A stretch of DNA of 64,000 nt from Kiritimatiellia bacterium. GTDB taxonomy: Bacteria > Verrucomicrobiota > Kiritimatiellia > RFP12 > UBA1067. Made by a program: the position numbers and the translations under genes. Shown here piece by piece: positions 1 to 9,366 of the stretch. The notes beneath the pieces were generated by a model. That model saw nothing but the letters and a program-made list of their open reading frames with translations, was not told the origin of the DNA and searched no databases. Where the stretch lies: the NCBI GenBank assembly GCA_050949565.1, contig JBMNFY010000017.1, positions 1,760,001-1,824,000 of the forward strand. Direction: 5' to 3'. How positions within the stretch are numbered: position 1 is the stretch's first letter; each line of letters opens with the position of its first letter.

Positions 1-1003
1 TCCGGTCGTCTTCTTTCATGCGCACGGCTTGTTGTTGACGCTCCTGCTGGTACTGCTCGGCGGCATGCTGCTTAACCTCACGCCCTGTGTGTTGCCGATG
101 ATCCCGATCAATCTGGCGATCCTCGGTGCAGGCGCGGGGGCCGGCTCGCGCGGGCGCGGCTTCGGACTCGGCGCGGCTTATGGCGCGGGGATTGTACTGG
201 TCTATGGCGGTCTGGGCTGGATCATCCTGCGCAGCGGGCTCTTTTTCGGCGCGTTGCAGGCGTCGCCTTGGTTCAGTCTTGCGGTCGGTCTGATTTTCGC
301 GGCACTGACGCTGGCGCTCTTCGATGTGTTCGTGATCGATTTCGCGCGCTTTGTAACGCCGAAGCACGACAGCGGTGGACGGAAGGGCGCATTGGCGGCT
401 TTCTCTGCGGGCGCGCTCTCGGCATTGCTGGCCGGTGCATGCGTCGCGCCGGTGGTGCTGGCGGTGTTGCTGCTGGCCGGTTCGCTCTATGCCGGCGGGG
501 CGCGCGGCGCTCAGTTCCTGCCGTTCGTGCTGGGCCTGGGCATGGCGCTGCCTTGGCCGTTCGCAGGTGCGGGGCTTTCGGTGCTGCCCAAGCCCGGCAT
601 GTGGATGGTGCGCGTGAAGCAGGCATTCGGTGTGTTGCTGGCGCTGCTGGCCGTCTACTACTTCTATCTGGCGGCGGTAGGGTTCATGTCGGCCAAGCAG
701 GCGGCGCGTGACGGCTCGATCGTAGCGGGTGATCGCGCGGCGTGGGAGGCCAAGGTCGCGCAGGCACGGCGCGAGGGCAAGCCGCTCTTTGTCGATTTCT
801 GGGCGACATGGTGCAAGAACTGCGCGGTCATGGAACGCACCACGTTTCAGGACGAGCAGGTCAAGCAGCGGCTCGCGCGCTACGTGGTGGTCAAGGTGCA
901 AGCCGAACGACCGGAGCGGAGCCCGGCCAAAGAAATGCTCGCGGCTTTCGGTATTCGCGGACTGCCGGGCTTCGTTGTGCTGCGCCCGGATGATGGGCGC
1001 TAG
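1..1003 (+). CDS. dsbD: Thiol:disulfide interchange protein DsbD, 5' part outside the window; copy of 3083..4738
   Basis: LTPCVLP and GACVAP transmembrane Cys motifs, C-terminal thioredoxin WCKNC; matches 3736..4738 at offset 3735. Confidence 0.85.
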   Translation, partial: PVVFFHAHGLLLTLLLVLLGGMLLNLTPCVLPMIPINLAILGAGAGAGSRGRGFGLGAAYGAGIVLVYGGLGWIILRSGLFFGALQASPWFSLAVGLIFAALTLALFDVFVIDFARFVTPKHDSGGRKGALAAFSAGALSALLAGACVAPVVLAVLLLAGSLYAGGARGAQFLPFVLGLGMALPWPFAGAGLSVLPKPGMWMVRVKQAFGVLLALLAVYYFYLAAVGFMSAKQAARDGSIVAGDRAAWEAKVAQARREGKPLFVDFWATWCKNCAVMERTTFQDEQVKQRLARYVVVKVQAERPERSPAKEMLAAFGIRGLPGFVVLRPDDGR

Positions 1004-1023
1004 CCCGCGCGGTTTTGTTTTAG

Positions 1024-1230
1024 CCTAAAAAGAGCAGTTGAATCTTCAACTCTCATTGGTTTCAAGGTTTCTGGTTTCAAGGTTTCATCCAAATCGGGAT
1101 CGGGATCGCTATCGGGATCGGGATCGATTGTTTAACCGCCGCCGGATAGAAGGCCGGTGCATAGGGCACCGGCAGTGCTCGTAGTACCGGCAGTAACGGG
1201 AAACCCTCCGCAATTCCCAACCCCAACTGC
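1024..1230. repeat. Intergenic mosaic repeat between convergent genes
   Basis: AGTTGAA-TC-TTCAACT hairpin, 4 GGTTTC units, (ATCGGG)n, 9-mer GCAGTACCG-like units; same start as 42414..42640. Confidence 0.8.
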
Positions 1231-1233
1231 CTA

Positions 1234-2532
1234 TTACACCTGCTCCAGCTCGCGGAGGGTTGGGAGCAGGTGGTCGTACACGGTGGCGGTTGCGGGGCGG
1301 GGCTGGCACACGTCGGTCACGAGGCAGAAGCGCTCCGTTGTCTCCGTCAGCGGCACGCCGTCCGCGTGTGCGGCCAGCAGGGCGCCGCCCAGCGCCGCTG
1401 AATCGGCCACCGCGCTGTTCTCCACGCGTGCCTGGAAGACATCGGCCAGCGTCTGGCGGATGCCTGCGCTGCGCGATGCGCCGCCCGTGACGCGCAGCAC
1501 ATCGAAGCGCCCGATCCACTCCGCATGGCTGCGCAGAGCCAGGGCTTGCGCCTCGACCACCGCCCGGATGCGAACCTCCGGCGCGGCTTCGGCGAATGGG
1601 AAGTTCGCGCGCAGACCGGGCGACATCACCGGTGGCGTGATCTCCGGAACAAACCAAGGGAGCGCCAGCCGCCCGTCATTGCCGGGCGGCGTGAGTTCGA
1701 ACGCTGTGTTGTCGAAGAAGTCCCACGACACGTCCGCCTCGTGCCGGATGCGGTCGCGCGCCAGCGAGCCGTTTTTGAAACAGGTGAGGCTCATGAAGCC
1801 GCCCGCCGGGTTGCCGAAGACATGCCCGCAGCCGTCAGGGTCGGTGCGGAAGGTATCGAGTGCCGCGAAAAAGGTATCGCTTGTACCTAGGCTCACAACC
1901 GCGCGGCCCGCGCGCCAACATCCCGTTCCGATCAGGCTCGCGGGGTTGTCGCCGGTCCAGACGGCCACCGGAATGCCGGGTCTCAAGCCGTACTTGGCGA
2001 AATAGGCGTGCAGACCACCCGCGACGCCGCTGCCGATTTGCGGCAGCTTAGAGATGAGGTCCGGCGCTGTGAACGCAGCAATCTCCTCATCCCACGCCAG
2101 CGTACGCAGGTTGAGCAGATTCATGCCCGCGCCGTCGCCGGTGTCGATCGGCGCATCGCGTCCGATCAGCACGGAGCAGAGAAAGGAACTCACCAGATGG
2201 ATGCGCGCGGTCTGCGCATAGCGTTCGGGCTCCGACAATGCGAAGGTGCGGATCTGCGGTCCTGTGAAACGTTCGATGGCGGGCGAGCCGGTGTCGGCCT
2301 GAAGGCGGTCGCCGAACTGTTCGGTCAGTTCGCGGCAGGCGGCGCTGGTCGAGCTGTCCATCCAGATGGGGCTTGTCGGGCGGGACAGCGTGGACGCGAG
2401 TTGCCCGGCCAATTCGCCGTCGGGCGAGAGCGCGTCCAGCGTGGGTGCGAAGCGGTCGTTCAGATAGACTGAACCGTGCTGCTGGCCGTCGCCGCCGATC
2501 GCGGCGATTCGTTCCATTTCCACGCCGGCGGC
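1234..2532 (-). pseudogene. xylB: 5'-truncated xylulokinase copy
   Basis: Matches 4969..6267 but lacks the N-terminal ~75 codons including the GIDSSTQS phosphate-binding motif. Confidence 0.85.
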
Positions 2533-3059
2533 CGCCGAGCCACGGCGTGATCTGGCGCAGTCACTTTGACAAGATTCTCGCGGCGTATCAGGACTGGATG
2601 GTTTGCAAGCCCGCCCGTAAAGTTGTGATCGCCTATTGCACCATGTGGGGCAGCACGCGCCTGATGGCCGAAGCTGTGGCCGAGGGTGCCCGAACGTTGC
2701 CGGTCGAGGTCAAGCTGCTCAATGTGGACGTCACGCACGATACGCAGATCATTACCGAGGTGATGGACTGCGCGGCCTTTGCAGCGGGTACCGCTACGCT
2801 CAACATGGGGATCATGCCGCGCATGGCTGCGACGTTGACCTATCTGCGCGGACTTAAGCCGCTGGGCAAGGCGGGTTTCGCCTTCGGTTCGTACGGCTGG
2901 GCCGCGAAGGGCGTGGATGAGGCGGCGTGTTTCCTGGCGACCATGCAGATGGCACCGGTGTGCGAGCCGCTTATCTGCCGCTACGCGCCGGACGCCGAGA
3001 CGCTGGAAGCCTGCCGCGCCGCCGGCCGCGCGCTGGCAGAGGTCGCGCAACGTGCGTAG
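2533..3059 (+). pseudogene. fprA: 3' fragment of a flavodiiron protein (FprA/NorV-like), flavodoxin domain only
   Basis: PSHGVIWR, YCTMWGST and AFGSYGW motifs; begins exactly at the duplication junction. Confidence 0.85.
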
Positions 3060-3082
3060 GGTGAGGAGGGCGGTTTTTGGAC

Positions 3083-4738
3083 ATGATTGACAAGATTGAC
3101 ATGATTGACGCGCCGTGCGCGGCGTGGCGGCGAGTGTGGCGTGCGGTGACAAGCGCCGCGCTGTTGGTGTGTGCGTCCGCTTCTGCGGTGTTCGGCGCGC
3201 AATCGCCGTTCGGCCTGAAGGTCGAGCGTCTGGAGTCTGCGGATGACGCGCAGACCGAGGTGCGGATCACGCTGAGCGTACCCTCCAATCACCTGATTTA
3301 CGCTGAAACCTTCAAGGTCTCGGCATCGCCGGTGCAGGTGCCCAAGCCTGAGAACAAGCCGGATCCGATCAACCCCTCGCAGCAGGTCGGCGTCTATACG
3401 GGTACCTTCGAATCGCGTTGGCGCATCGCGCCGTTGCGTGACGGTGCCGCACTGACGGTCGCCTACCAAGGGTGCGACGACACCGTGTGCTTTATGCCGG
3501 AAAGCCATGCGTTCCGCTACGACGCCGCGTCCGGCCGCTTTGTCATCGCGCCTGACGAGGCGGACACCGCCCCATCAACGGCGGAGGGGGCCGATACATG
3601 GACGCACGGCTTCGCGATGGTTTCCGGCGGCGGCTACATGAAGACGGGTGAGTTTCTCGCGTTTCTGGATCAGGCCGAAGGCCAGACGCCCGCTGCTGAT
3701 ACGTCGCGTACCGGACTGGCTGGTTTTCTGAACGATCCGGTCGTCTTCTTTCATGCGCACGGCTTGTTGTTGACGCTCCTGCTGGTACTGCTCGGCGGCA
3801 TGCTGCTTAACCTCACGCCCTGTGTGTTGCCGATGATCCCGATCAATCTGGCGATCCTCGGTGCAGGCGCGGGGGCCGGCTCGCGCGGGCGCGGCTTCGG
3901 ACTCGGCGCGGCTTATGGCGCGGGGATTGTACTGGTCTATGGCGGTCTGGGCTGGATCATCCTGCGCAGCGGGCTCTTTTTCGGCGCGTTGCAGGCGTCG
4001 CCTTGGTTCAGTCTTGCGGTCGGTCTGATTTTCGCGGCACTGACGCTGGCGCTCTTCGATGTGTTCGTGATCGATTTCGCGCGCTTTGTAACGCCGAAGC
4101 ACGACAGCGGTGGACGGAAGGGCGCATTGGCGGCTTTCTCTGCGGGCGCGCTCTCGGCATTGCTGGCCGGTGCATGCGTCGCGCCGGTGGTGCTGGCGGT
4201 GTTGCTGCTGGCCGGTTCGCTCTATGCCGGCGGGGCGCGCGGCGCTCAGTTCCTGCCGTTCGTGCTGGGCCTGGGCATGGCGCTGCCTTGGCCGTTCGCA
4301 GGTGCGGGGCTTTCGGTGCTGCCCAAGCCCGGCATGTGGATGGTGCGCGTGAAGCAGGCATTCGGTGTGTTGCTGGCGCTGCTGGCCGTCTACTACTTCT
4401 ATCTGGCGGCGGTAGGGTTCATGTCGGCCAAGCAGGCGGCGCGTGACGGCTCGATCGTAGCGGGTGATCGCGCGGCGTGGGAGGCCAAGGTCGCGCAGGC
4501 ACGGCGCGAGGGCAAGCCGCTCTTTGTCGATTTCTGGGCGACATGGTGCAAGAACTGCGCGGTCATGGAACGCACCACGTTTCAGGACGAGCAGGTCAAG
4601 CAGCGGCTCGCGCGCTACGTGGTGGTCAAGGTGCAAGCCGAACGACCGGAGCGGAGCCCGGCCAAAGAAATGCTCGCGGCTTTCGGTATTCGCGGACTGC
4701 CGGGCTTCGTTGTGCTGCGCCCGGATGATGGGCGCTAG
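3083..4738 (+). CDS. dsbD: Thiol:disulfide interchange protein DsbD, full three-domain form; start uncertain
   Basis: Signal-like N-terminus, N-domain GCDDTVC, TM domain LTPCVLP/GACVAP, thioredoxin DFWATWCKNC. Confidence 0.9.
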   Translation: MIDKIDMIDAPCAAWRRVWRAVTSAALLVCASASAVFGAQSPFGLKVERLESADDAQTEVRITLSVPSNHLIYAETFKVSASPVQVPKPENKPDPINPSQQVGVYTGTFESRWRIAPLRDGAALTVAYQGCDDTVCFMPESHAFRYDAASGRFVIAPDEADTAPSTAEGADTWTHGFAMVSGGGYMKTGEFLAFLDQAEGQTPAADTSRTGLAGFLNDPVVFFHAHGLLLTLLLVLLGGMLLNLTPCVLPMIPINLAILGAGAGAGSRGRGFGLGAAYGAGIVLVYGGLGWIILRSGLFFGALQASPWFSLAVGLIFAALTLALFDVFVIDFARFVTPKHDSGGRKGALAAFSAGALSALLAGACVAPVVLAVLLLAGSLYAGGARGAQFLPFVLGLGMALPWPFAGAGLSVLPKPGMWMVRVKQAFGVLLALLAVYYFYLAAVGFMSAKQAARDGSIVAGDRAAWEAKVAQARREGKPLFVDFWATWCKNCAVMERTTFQDEQVKQRLARYVVVKVQAERPERSPAKEMLAAFGIRGLPGFVVLRPDDGR

Positions 4739-4758
4739 CCCGCGCGGTTTTGTTTTAG

Positions 4759-4965
4759 CCTAAAAAGAGCAGTTGAATCTTCAACTCTCATTGGTTTCAA
4801 GGTTTCTGGTTTCAAGGTTTCATCCAAATCGGGATCGGGATCGCTATCGGGATCGGGATCGATTGTTTAACCGCCGCCGGATAGAAGGCCGGTGCATAGG
4901 GCACCGGCAGTGCTCGTAGTACCGGCAGTAACGGGAAACCCTCCGCAATTCCCAACCCCAACTGC
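4759..4965. repeat. Intergenic mosaic repeat, duplicate of 1024..1230
   Basis: Same sequence at offset 3735. Confidence 0.8.
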
Positions 4966-4968
4966 CTA

Positions 4969-6492
4969 TTACACCTGCTCCAGCTCGCGGAGGGTTGGGA
5001 GCAGGTGGTCGTACACGGTGGCGGTTGCGGGGCGGGGCTGGCACACGTCGGTCACGAGGCAGAAGCGCTCCGTTGTCTCCGTCAGCGGCACGCCGTCCGC
5101 GTGTGCGGCCAGCAGGGCGCCGCCCAGCGCCGCTGAATCGGCCACCGCGCTGTTCTCCACGCGTGCCTGGAAGACATCGGCCAGCGTCTGGCGGATGCCT
5201 GCGCTGCGCGATGCGCCGCCCGTGACGCGCAGCACATCGAAGCGCCCGATCCACTCCGCATGGCTGCGCAGAGCCAGGGCTTGCGCCTCGACCACCGCCC
5301 GGATGCGAACCTCCGGCGCGGCTTCGGCGAATGGGAAGTTCGCGCGCAGACCGGGCGACATCACCGGTGGCGTGATCTCCGGAACAAACCAAGGGAGCGC
5401 CAGCCGCCCGTCATTGCCGGGCGGCGTGAGTTCGAACGCTGTGTTGTCGAAGAAGTCCCACGACACGTCCGCCTCGTGCCGGATGCGGTCGCGTGCCAGC
5501 GAGCCGTTTTTGAAACAGGTGAGGCTCATGAAGCCGCCCGCCGGGTTGCCGAAGACATGCCCGCAGCCGTCAGGATCAGTGCGGAAGGTATCGAGTGCCG
5601 CGAAAAAGGTATCGCTTGTACCTAGGCTCACAACCGCGCGGCCCGCGCGCCAACATCCCGTTCCGATCAAGCTTGCGGGGTTGTCGCCGGTCCAGACGGC
5701 CACCGGAATGCCGGGCTTCAAGCCGTACTTGGCGAAATAGGCGTGCAGACCACCCGCGACGCCGCTGCCGATCTGTGGCAGCTTAGAGATGAGGTCCGGC
5801 GCTGTGAACGCAGCAATCTCCTCATCCCACGCCAGCGTACGCAGGTTGAGCAGATTCATGCCCGCGCCGTCGCCGGTGTCGATCGGCGCATCGCGTCCGA
5901 TCAGCACGGAGCAGAGAAAGGAACTCACCAGATGGATGCGCGCGGTCTGCGCATAGCGTTCGGGCTCCGACAATGCGAAGGTGCGGATCTGCGGTCCTGT
6001 GAAACGTTCGATGGCGGGCGAGCCGGTGTCGGCCTGAAGGCGGTCGCCGAACTGTTCGGTCAGTTCGCGGCAGGCGGCGCTGGTCGAGCTGTCCATCCAG
6101 ATGGGGCTTGTCGGGCGGGACAGCGTGGACGCGAGTTGCCCGGCCAATTCGCCGTCGGGCGAGAGCGCGTCCAGCGTGGGTGCGAAGCGGTCGTTCAGAT
6201 AGACTGAACCGTGCTGCTGGCCGTCGCCGCCGATCGCGGCGATTCGTTCCATTTCCACGCCGGCGGCTTGCAAACGCGCCAACAGCAGATCCAGCGCGGC
6301 CAGCCACATCAACGGGTCGGCGTGTTTGACCAACGGGTCGTCATTCGGCAAAACCCCGTCCGGGCAACGGTAGTGCGGCAAGTCCGTGGAGAACGAGACA
6401 CTCGCGCTACCCGCCACGCGTGCGGCCGCCGGATCGATGACCAGCGCCTTCATGCTCTGCGTACTGCTGTCTATACCCAGATAAAGTGCCAT
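4969..6492 (-). CDS. xylB: Xylulokinase, FGGY carbohydrate kinase family
   Basis: LGIDSSTQS, GQQHGSVY, SPIWMDSST, ERFTGPQI, TGDNPASL, SLGTSDT and VTGGAS motifs. Confidence 0.85.
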   Translation of the reverse strand: MALYLGIDSSTQSMKALVIDPAAARVAGSASVSFSTDLPHYRCPDGVLPNDDPLVKHADPLMWLAALDLLLARLQAAGVEMERIAAIGGDGQQHGSVYLNDRFAPTLDALSPDGELAGQLASTLSRPTSPIWMDSSTSAACRELTEQFGDRLQADTGSPAIERFTGPQIRTFALSEPERYAQTARIHLVSSFLCSVLIGRDAPIDTGDGAGMNLLNLRTLAWDEEIAAFTAPDLISKLPQIGSGVAGGLHAYFAKYGLKPGIPVAVWTGDNPASLIGTGCWRAGRAVVSLGTSDTFFAALDTFRTDPDGCGHVFGNPAGGFMSLTCFKNGSLARDRIRHEADVSWDFFDNTAFELTPPGNDGRLALPWFVPEITPPVMSPGLRANFPFAEAAPEVRIRAVVEAQALALRSHAEWIGRFDVLRVTGGASRSAGIRQTLADVFQARVENSAVADSAALGGALLAAHADGVPLTETTERFCLVTDVCQPRPATATVYDHLLPTLRELEQV

Positions 6493-6497
6493 TTTCG

Positions 6498-7730
6498 TTA
6501 CTTGCTTTTCAGTCGCGTAGGTGTGTTGGTGTTTGTGTTCGGATCAGCGAACAATTTGAGCGGCGTCTCGATCTTTGCCTCTTTGACGAGCTTGACCCTG
6601 AGGTCGGCAACGGTTTGTTGCGCACGATTGTTGATCAGTTCGTTACGGGCTTCTTCGGCGGTCAGTTCCGGCTTCAGCTCTTTCTTTTCCAACATGATAT
6701 GCGCGAGATTGACCGAAATCACGGGGGGCGGTCCTTTTTCGCCATCTCTCAGAAAACCGGTGTTCTTTTTGTTCAGCTTGAGAATGTGAAAAGAGTAGGG
6801 AGTTTCGACCACATCGCTCAGCGTCCCCTCCTTCATGTTGAAGGCGACCTCCGCCAACTCAGGCCGGAGTTGTTCACGCTTGATGATACCCCACTCTCCG
6901 TAGTCAAGGCTCGAGTCGCAGTCGGACTCCCGGAAGGCGACCTCGGCGAACGTGGCCTCACCGGATTTGATTGAGGCGAGAAGCTTCTTTGCCTTGGGCC
7001 GCAGCGATTTGTTGTAAGCGACAATCTCGGCATTCTCCTTTTTCCGATCCTGCCGATACTGCTTCACTTCGGCGTCAGTGATTTTCACAGCCGGACGGAT
7101 AACCTCCTGCGTCAAGCGCGACACGAGTAAGGCGTGTTTCACCTCATACCACAGGAACGAACCGGGACGGGTGATTTCTTTGACATACGCCTCTTTCCCG
7201 GAGCCACTCTCCCGGATCTGCGCGGCCAGTTGTTTCTGCTTGTCCGCGAGCGCACCGTCTTCCACCTTGATACCGTGGCGCACCGCTTCTTGGGCCAGCA
7301 CCGTTTTGGCGATAAAGCTGGATGCCAGCTTGTAGACATGGCGCATCAAAATGTTGTCGCGCTGCGCCTCAAAGTCGGCGGCCGTGACACCGGCAGGCAA
7401 TTCAAAATCGCTCGTCAGCAACTCGGCATACCGGCGCATGCTGTCCCAGCTTATCGAGGTGCCGTTGACCGTGATCAGAGGATCGTCGGGTTTCAGGTCC
7501 GGCAGGGCCACCTTGGGCACTTCTGGCCTTTTGATGGGCACCTCCATACGGTTCGCGCCGGTGCGGGTCAGGTTGGTGGCGAGGCCGGCCGGCATGGTAA
7601 CATTCCGCGGGGTCCGCGCCGCCGCAGACGGCGCGTTGGTAGCGGGTTGCGCGCAGAGCGCCACGGATGACGCGAGCATCAAACCCGCAGACACGCACAC
7701 TGATCGAACCGATTGTCGGGTACCTACCAT
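6498..7730 (-). CDS. Exported parvulin-type peptidyl-prolyl isomerase (SurA/PrsA-like)
   Basis: Signal peptide; FAEVAFRESDC..GEWG..AFNMKEGTLSDVVETPYSFHILK rotamase signature; AGGAG SD before ATG 7730. The longer ORF call runs into the IS. Confidence 0.8.
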   Translation of the reverse strand: MVGTRQSVRSVCVSAGLMLASSVALCAQPATNAPSAAARTPRNVTMPAGLATNLTRTGANRMEVPIKRPEVPKVALPDLKPDDPLITVNGTSISWDSMRRYAELLTSDFELPAGVTAADFEAQRDNILMRHVYKLASSFIAKTVLAQEAVRHGIKVEDGALADKQKQLAAQIRESGSGKEAYVKEITRPGSFLWYEVKHALLVSRLTQEVIRPAVKITDAEVKQYRQDRKKENAEIVAYNKSLRPKAKKLLASIKSGEATFAEVAFRESDCDSSLDYGEWGIIKREQLRPELAEVAFNMKEGTLSDVVETPYSFHILKLNKKNTGFLRDGEKGPPPVISVNLAHIMLEKKELKPELTAEEARNELINNRAQQTVADLRVKLVKEAKIETPLKLFADPNTNTNTPTRLKSK

Positions 7731-7754
7731 GAAAAAATCTCCTTTTGATGCGCG

Positions 7755-7783
7755 ATTATAGCGAAGCCCCTTTGCTTTCGCAA
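7755..7783 (-). promoter_or_regulatory. Sigma70-type promoter of the PPIase gene
   Basis: TTGCGA-N17-TATAAT on the minus strand. Confidence 0.65.
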
Positions 7784-7827
7784 TCACACCCCGCACGTAA
7801 TCGGAAGACGCAAAGAGTTGACCTGAA

Positions 7828-9265
7828 GGACTTTCCCCAAAAAACCGGGGGCAATTATATCTAAGTCCTTGAAAACAAAGGGGATGCGTCTCTGACGGGC
7901 GTGCCTGAAAGTGAAAAAGTGGTTTTCCTCCGCCGGTTCTGCCAAAATGGCGGTTCAACCAAAAACCGGAAAGGAAAACCGACGTGAATCATAGCGCAAC
8001 GGCGTTCAAAGCGCGAGAGCAACTCAAGAATTTTTTGGGGGAACTTTCCCCCCGGTTTTCCAAGCCGCTCGGCAAGTTCGTGGGCGACATGGTCTACGGG
8101 ATACAGGCGTCGCAGGACGTGAAGCTCAGCCGGATCGCCCGCGCGCTCGACGAGCCGATATCGATGAAGAAACTGGAGGACAGGCTGAGCCGGATGCTCG
8201 GGAGCGAGGGCATCGAGCAGGGGATTTCCGACGCTGTCGCCCGTCTGGGCTCGCGTCACGTCCATCAGGACACGCTGATCGTCATCGACCCGACCGACAT
8301 CCGTAAGCTGTACGCGAAGAAGATGGAATATCTCGCCCGCGTCCGGGACGGGAGCACGGGGGAGATCGGCAACGGATACAGCGCCTGCCTGGCGGTCGCC
8401 TGCGAGAGCGGCGGCCGCCGGATCACGCCGTTGCACATGCGGCTGTGGTCGAGCGAGGCGGAGGGCTTCATCAGCCAGAACGACGAGGTGCTCGGCGTCA
8501 TCGACCAGATCAGCTCCCGCGCGAAGAAGCGCGGCATCTACGTCATCGACCGCGGAGGCGACGGAGACTGGCTGTTCGACGGCCTGGACCGGCGCAAACT
8601 GGACTACATCGTGCGCCTCGTGGGCAACCGCAACCTGCTCCACGGCCGGCGGACCGCGCTGGCCGAAGAACTGGCGGCATCCTGCCCCATGAAGCACATC
8701 GAGATCGTCACGAGGGAGACGGGGGACGGGGTGAAAAGCTATAAGCTGGAGTTCGGCGCCATGACCGTCGCCCTGCCGCAGAGGCCCGACAAGCCCCTGC
8801 GCATGGTCGTGGTGAAGGGGTTCGGCGAGCGGCCGATGCTCCTGCTGACCACGCTGGCCGGGACGACGTCGCGCAAGTCCCTGTGGCAGGTCGTCGAGGG
8901 CTATCTGACGCGGTGGCGCGTCGAGGACGCGATCCGCTTCGTCAAGCAGAGCTACAACCTCGAGGACATCCGGGTCCTGACGTACCGGCGCCTGAAAAAC
9001 ATGGTCGCTCTGCTGCTGGCCGTCATCTACTTCAACTGCGTCTGGCTGGCCGGACGGCTGCGCTGCGAGATCCTGACGACCAACATCACCCACGCCGCCA
9101 AGCGCATCTACGGCGTGGCCGAGTTCCTCCACTACGCCGTCGCCGACGGCCTCGGGAGGCTCTTCACGCGCCACGGGAAATGGTACGGCTACAAGCCGCC
9201 AGACCCCGAATCAAACCCGCTCGGACTGGTCTTTCTGGAATGACCAGATTTTTTGGGGAAAGTCC
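7828..9265 (+). mobile_element. Insertion sequence, IS4-like, about 1.44 kb
   Basis: Perfect 17-bp inverted repeats GGACTTTCCCCAAAAAA (7828..7844) and TTTTTTGGGGAAAGTCC (9249..9265) around one transposase; exact ends uncertain by a few bp. Confidence 0.85.
7984..9243 (+). CDS. DDE transposase, IS4-like
   Basis: VIDPTD, VIDRGGD and Y..RWRVEDAIRFVKQ (YREK-type) motifs. Confidence 0.9.
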   Translation: MNHSATAFKAREQLKNFLGELSPRFSKPLGKFVGDMVYGIQASQDVKLSRIARALDEPISMKKLEDRLSRMLGSEGIEQGISDAVARLGSRHVHQDTLIVIDPTDIRKLYAKKMEYLARVRDGSTGEIGNGYSACLAVACESGGRRITPLHMRLWSSEAEGFISQNDEVLGVIDQISSRAKKRGIYVIDRGGDGDWLFDGLDRRKLDYIVRLVGNRNLLHGRRTALAEELAASCPMKHIEIVTRETGDGVKSYKLEFGAMTVALPQRPDKPLRMVVVKGFGERPMLLLTTLAGTTSRKSLWQVVEGYLTRWRVEDAIRFVKQSYNLEDIRVLTYRRLKNMVALLLAVIYFNCVWLAGRLRCEILTTNITHAAKRIYGVAEFLHYAVADGLGRLFTRHGKWYGYKPPDPESNPLGLVFLE

Positions 9266-9267
9266 AC

Positions 9268-9297
9268 TTGACCTTTCGACGTAGAAGCCTTTATTAT
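9268..9297 (+). promoter_or_regulatory. Candidate promoter abutting the IS right end
   Basis: TTGACC-N18-TATTAT upstream of the AAGGAGG SD and ATG 9367. Confidence 0.5.
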
Positions 9298-9366
9298 TCC
9301 GAATTCTGAACGTGAGTTTGATTCCGCGGTCGTGCGGGCTATGTGGCAAGGTCATAAGGAGGCGTC

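Larger units (their letters stand above)
1..6267. repeat. Tandem direct duplication, 3735-bp unit (2533..6267); 1..2532 is the 3' part of the preceding copy
   Basis: 1..2532 matches 3736..6267 apart from about 9 substitutions at 1759..2041; the junction at 2532/2533 joins an xylB fragment to an fprA fragment. Confidence 0.95.

Noticed and set aside
2373-3059. 228-aa fusion ORF across the duplication junction
   Set aside because: Its N-terminus is antisense xylB sequence with no SD or promoter; only the FprA part is meaningful.
7731-7958. N-terminal extension of the PPIase ORF
   Set aside because: Runs through its own promoter and the IS end; ATG 7730 has an SD and a signal peptide.
7861-9174. 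437-aa antisense ORF in the IS
   Set aside because: Shadow frame of the GC3-rich transposase; the same applies to most long antisense ORFs in the track.
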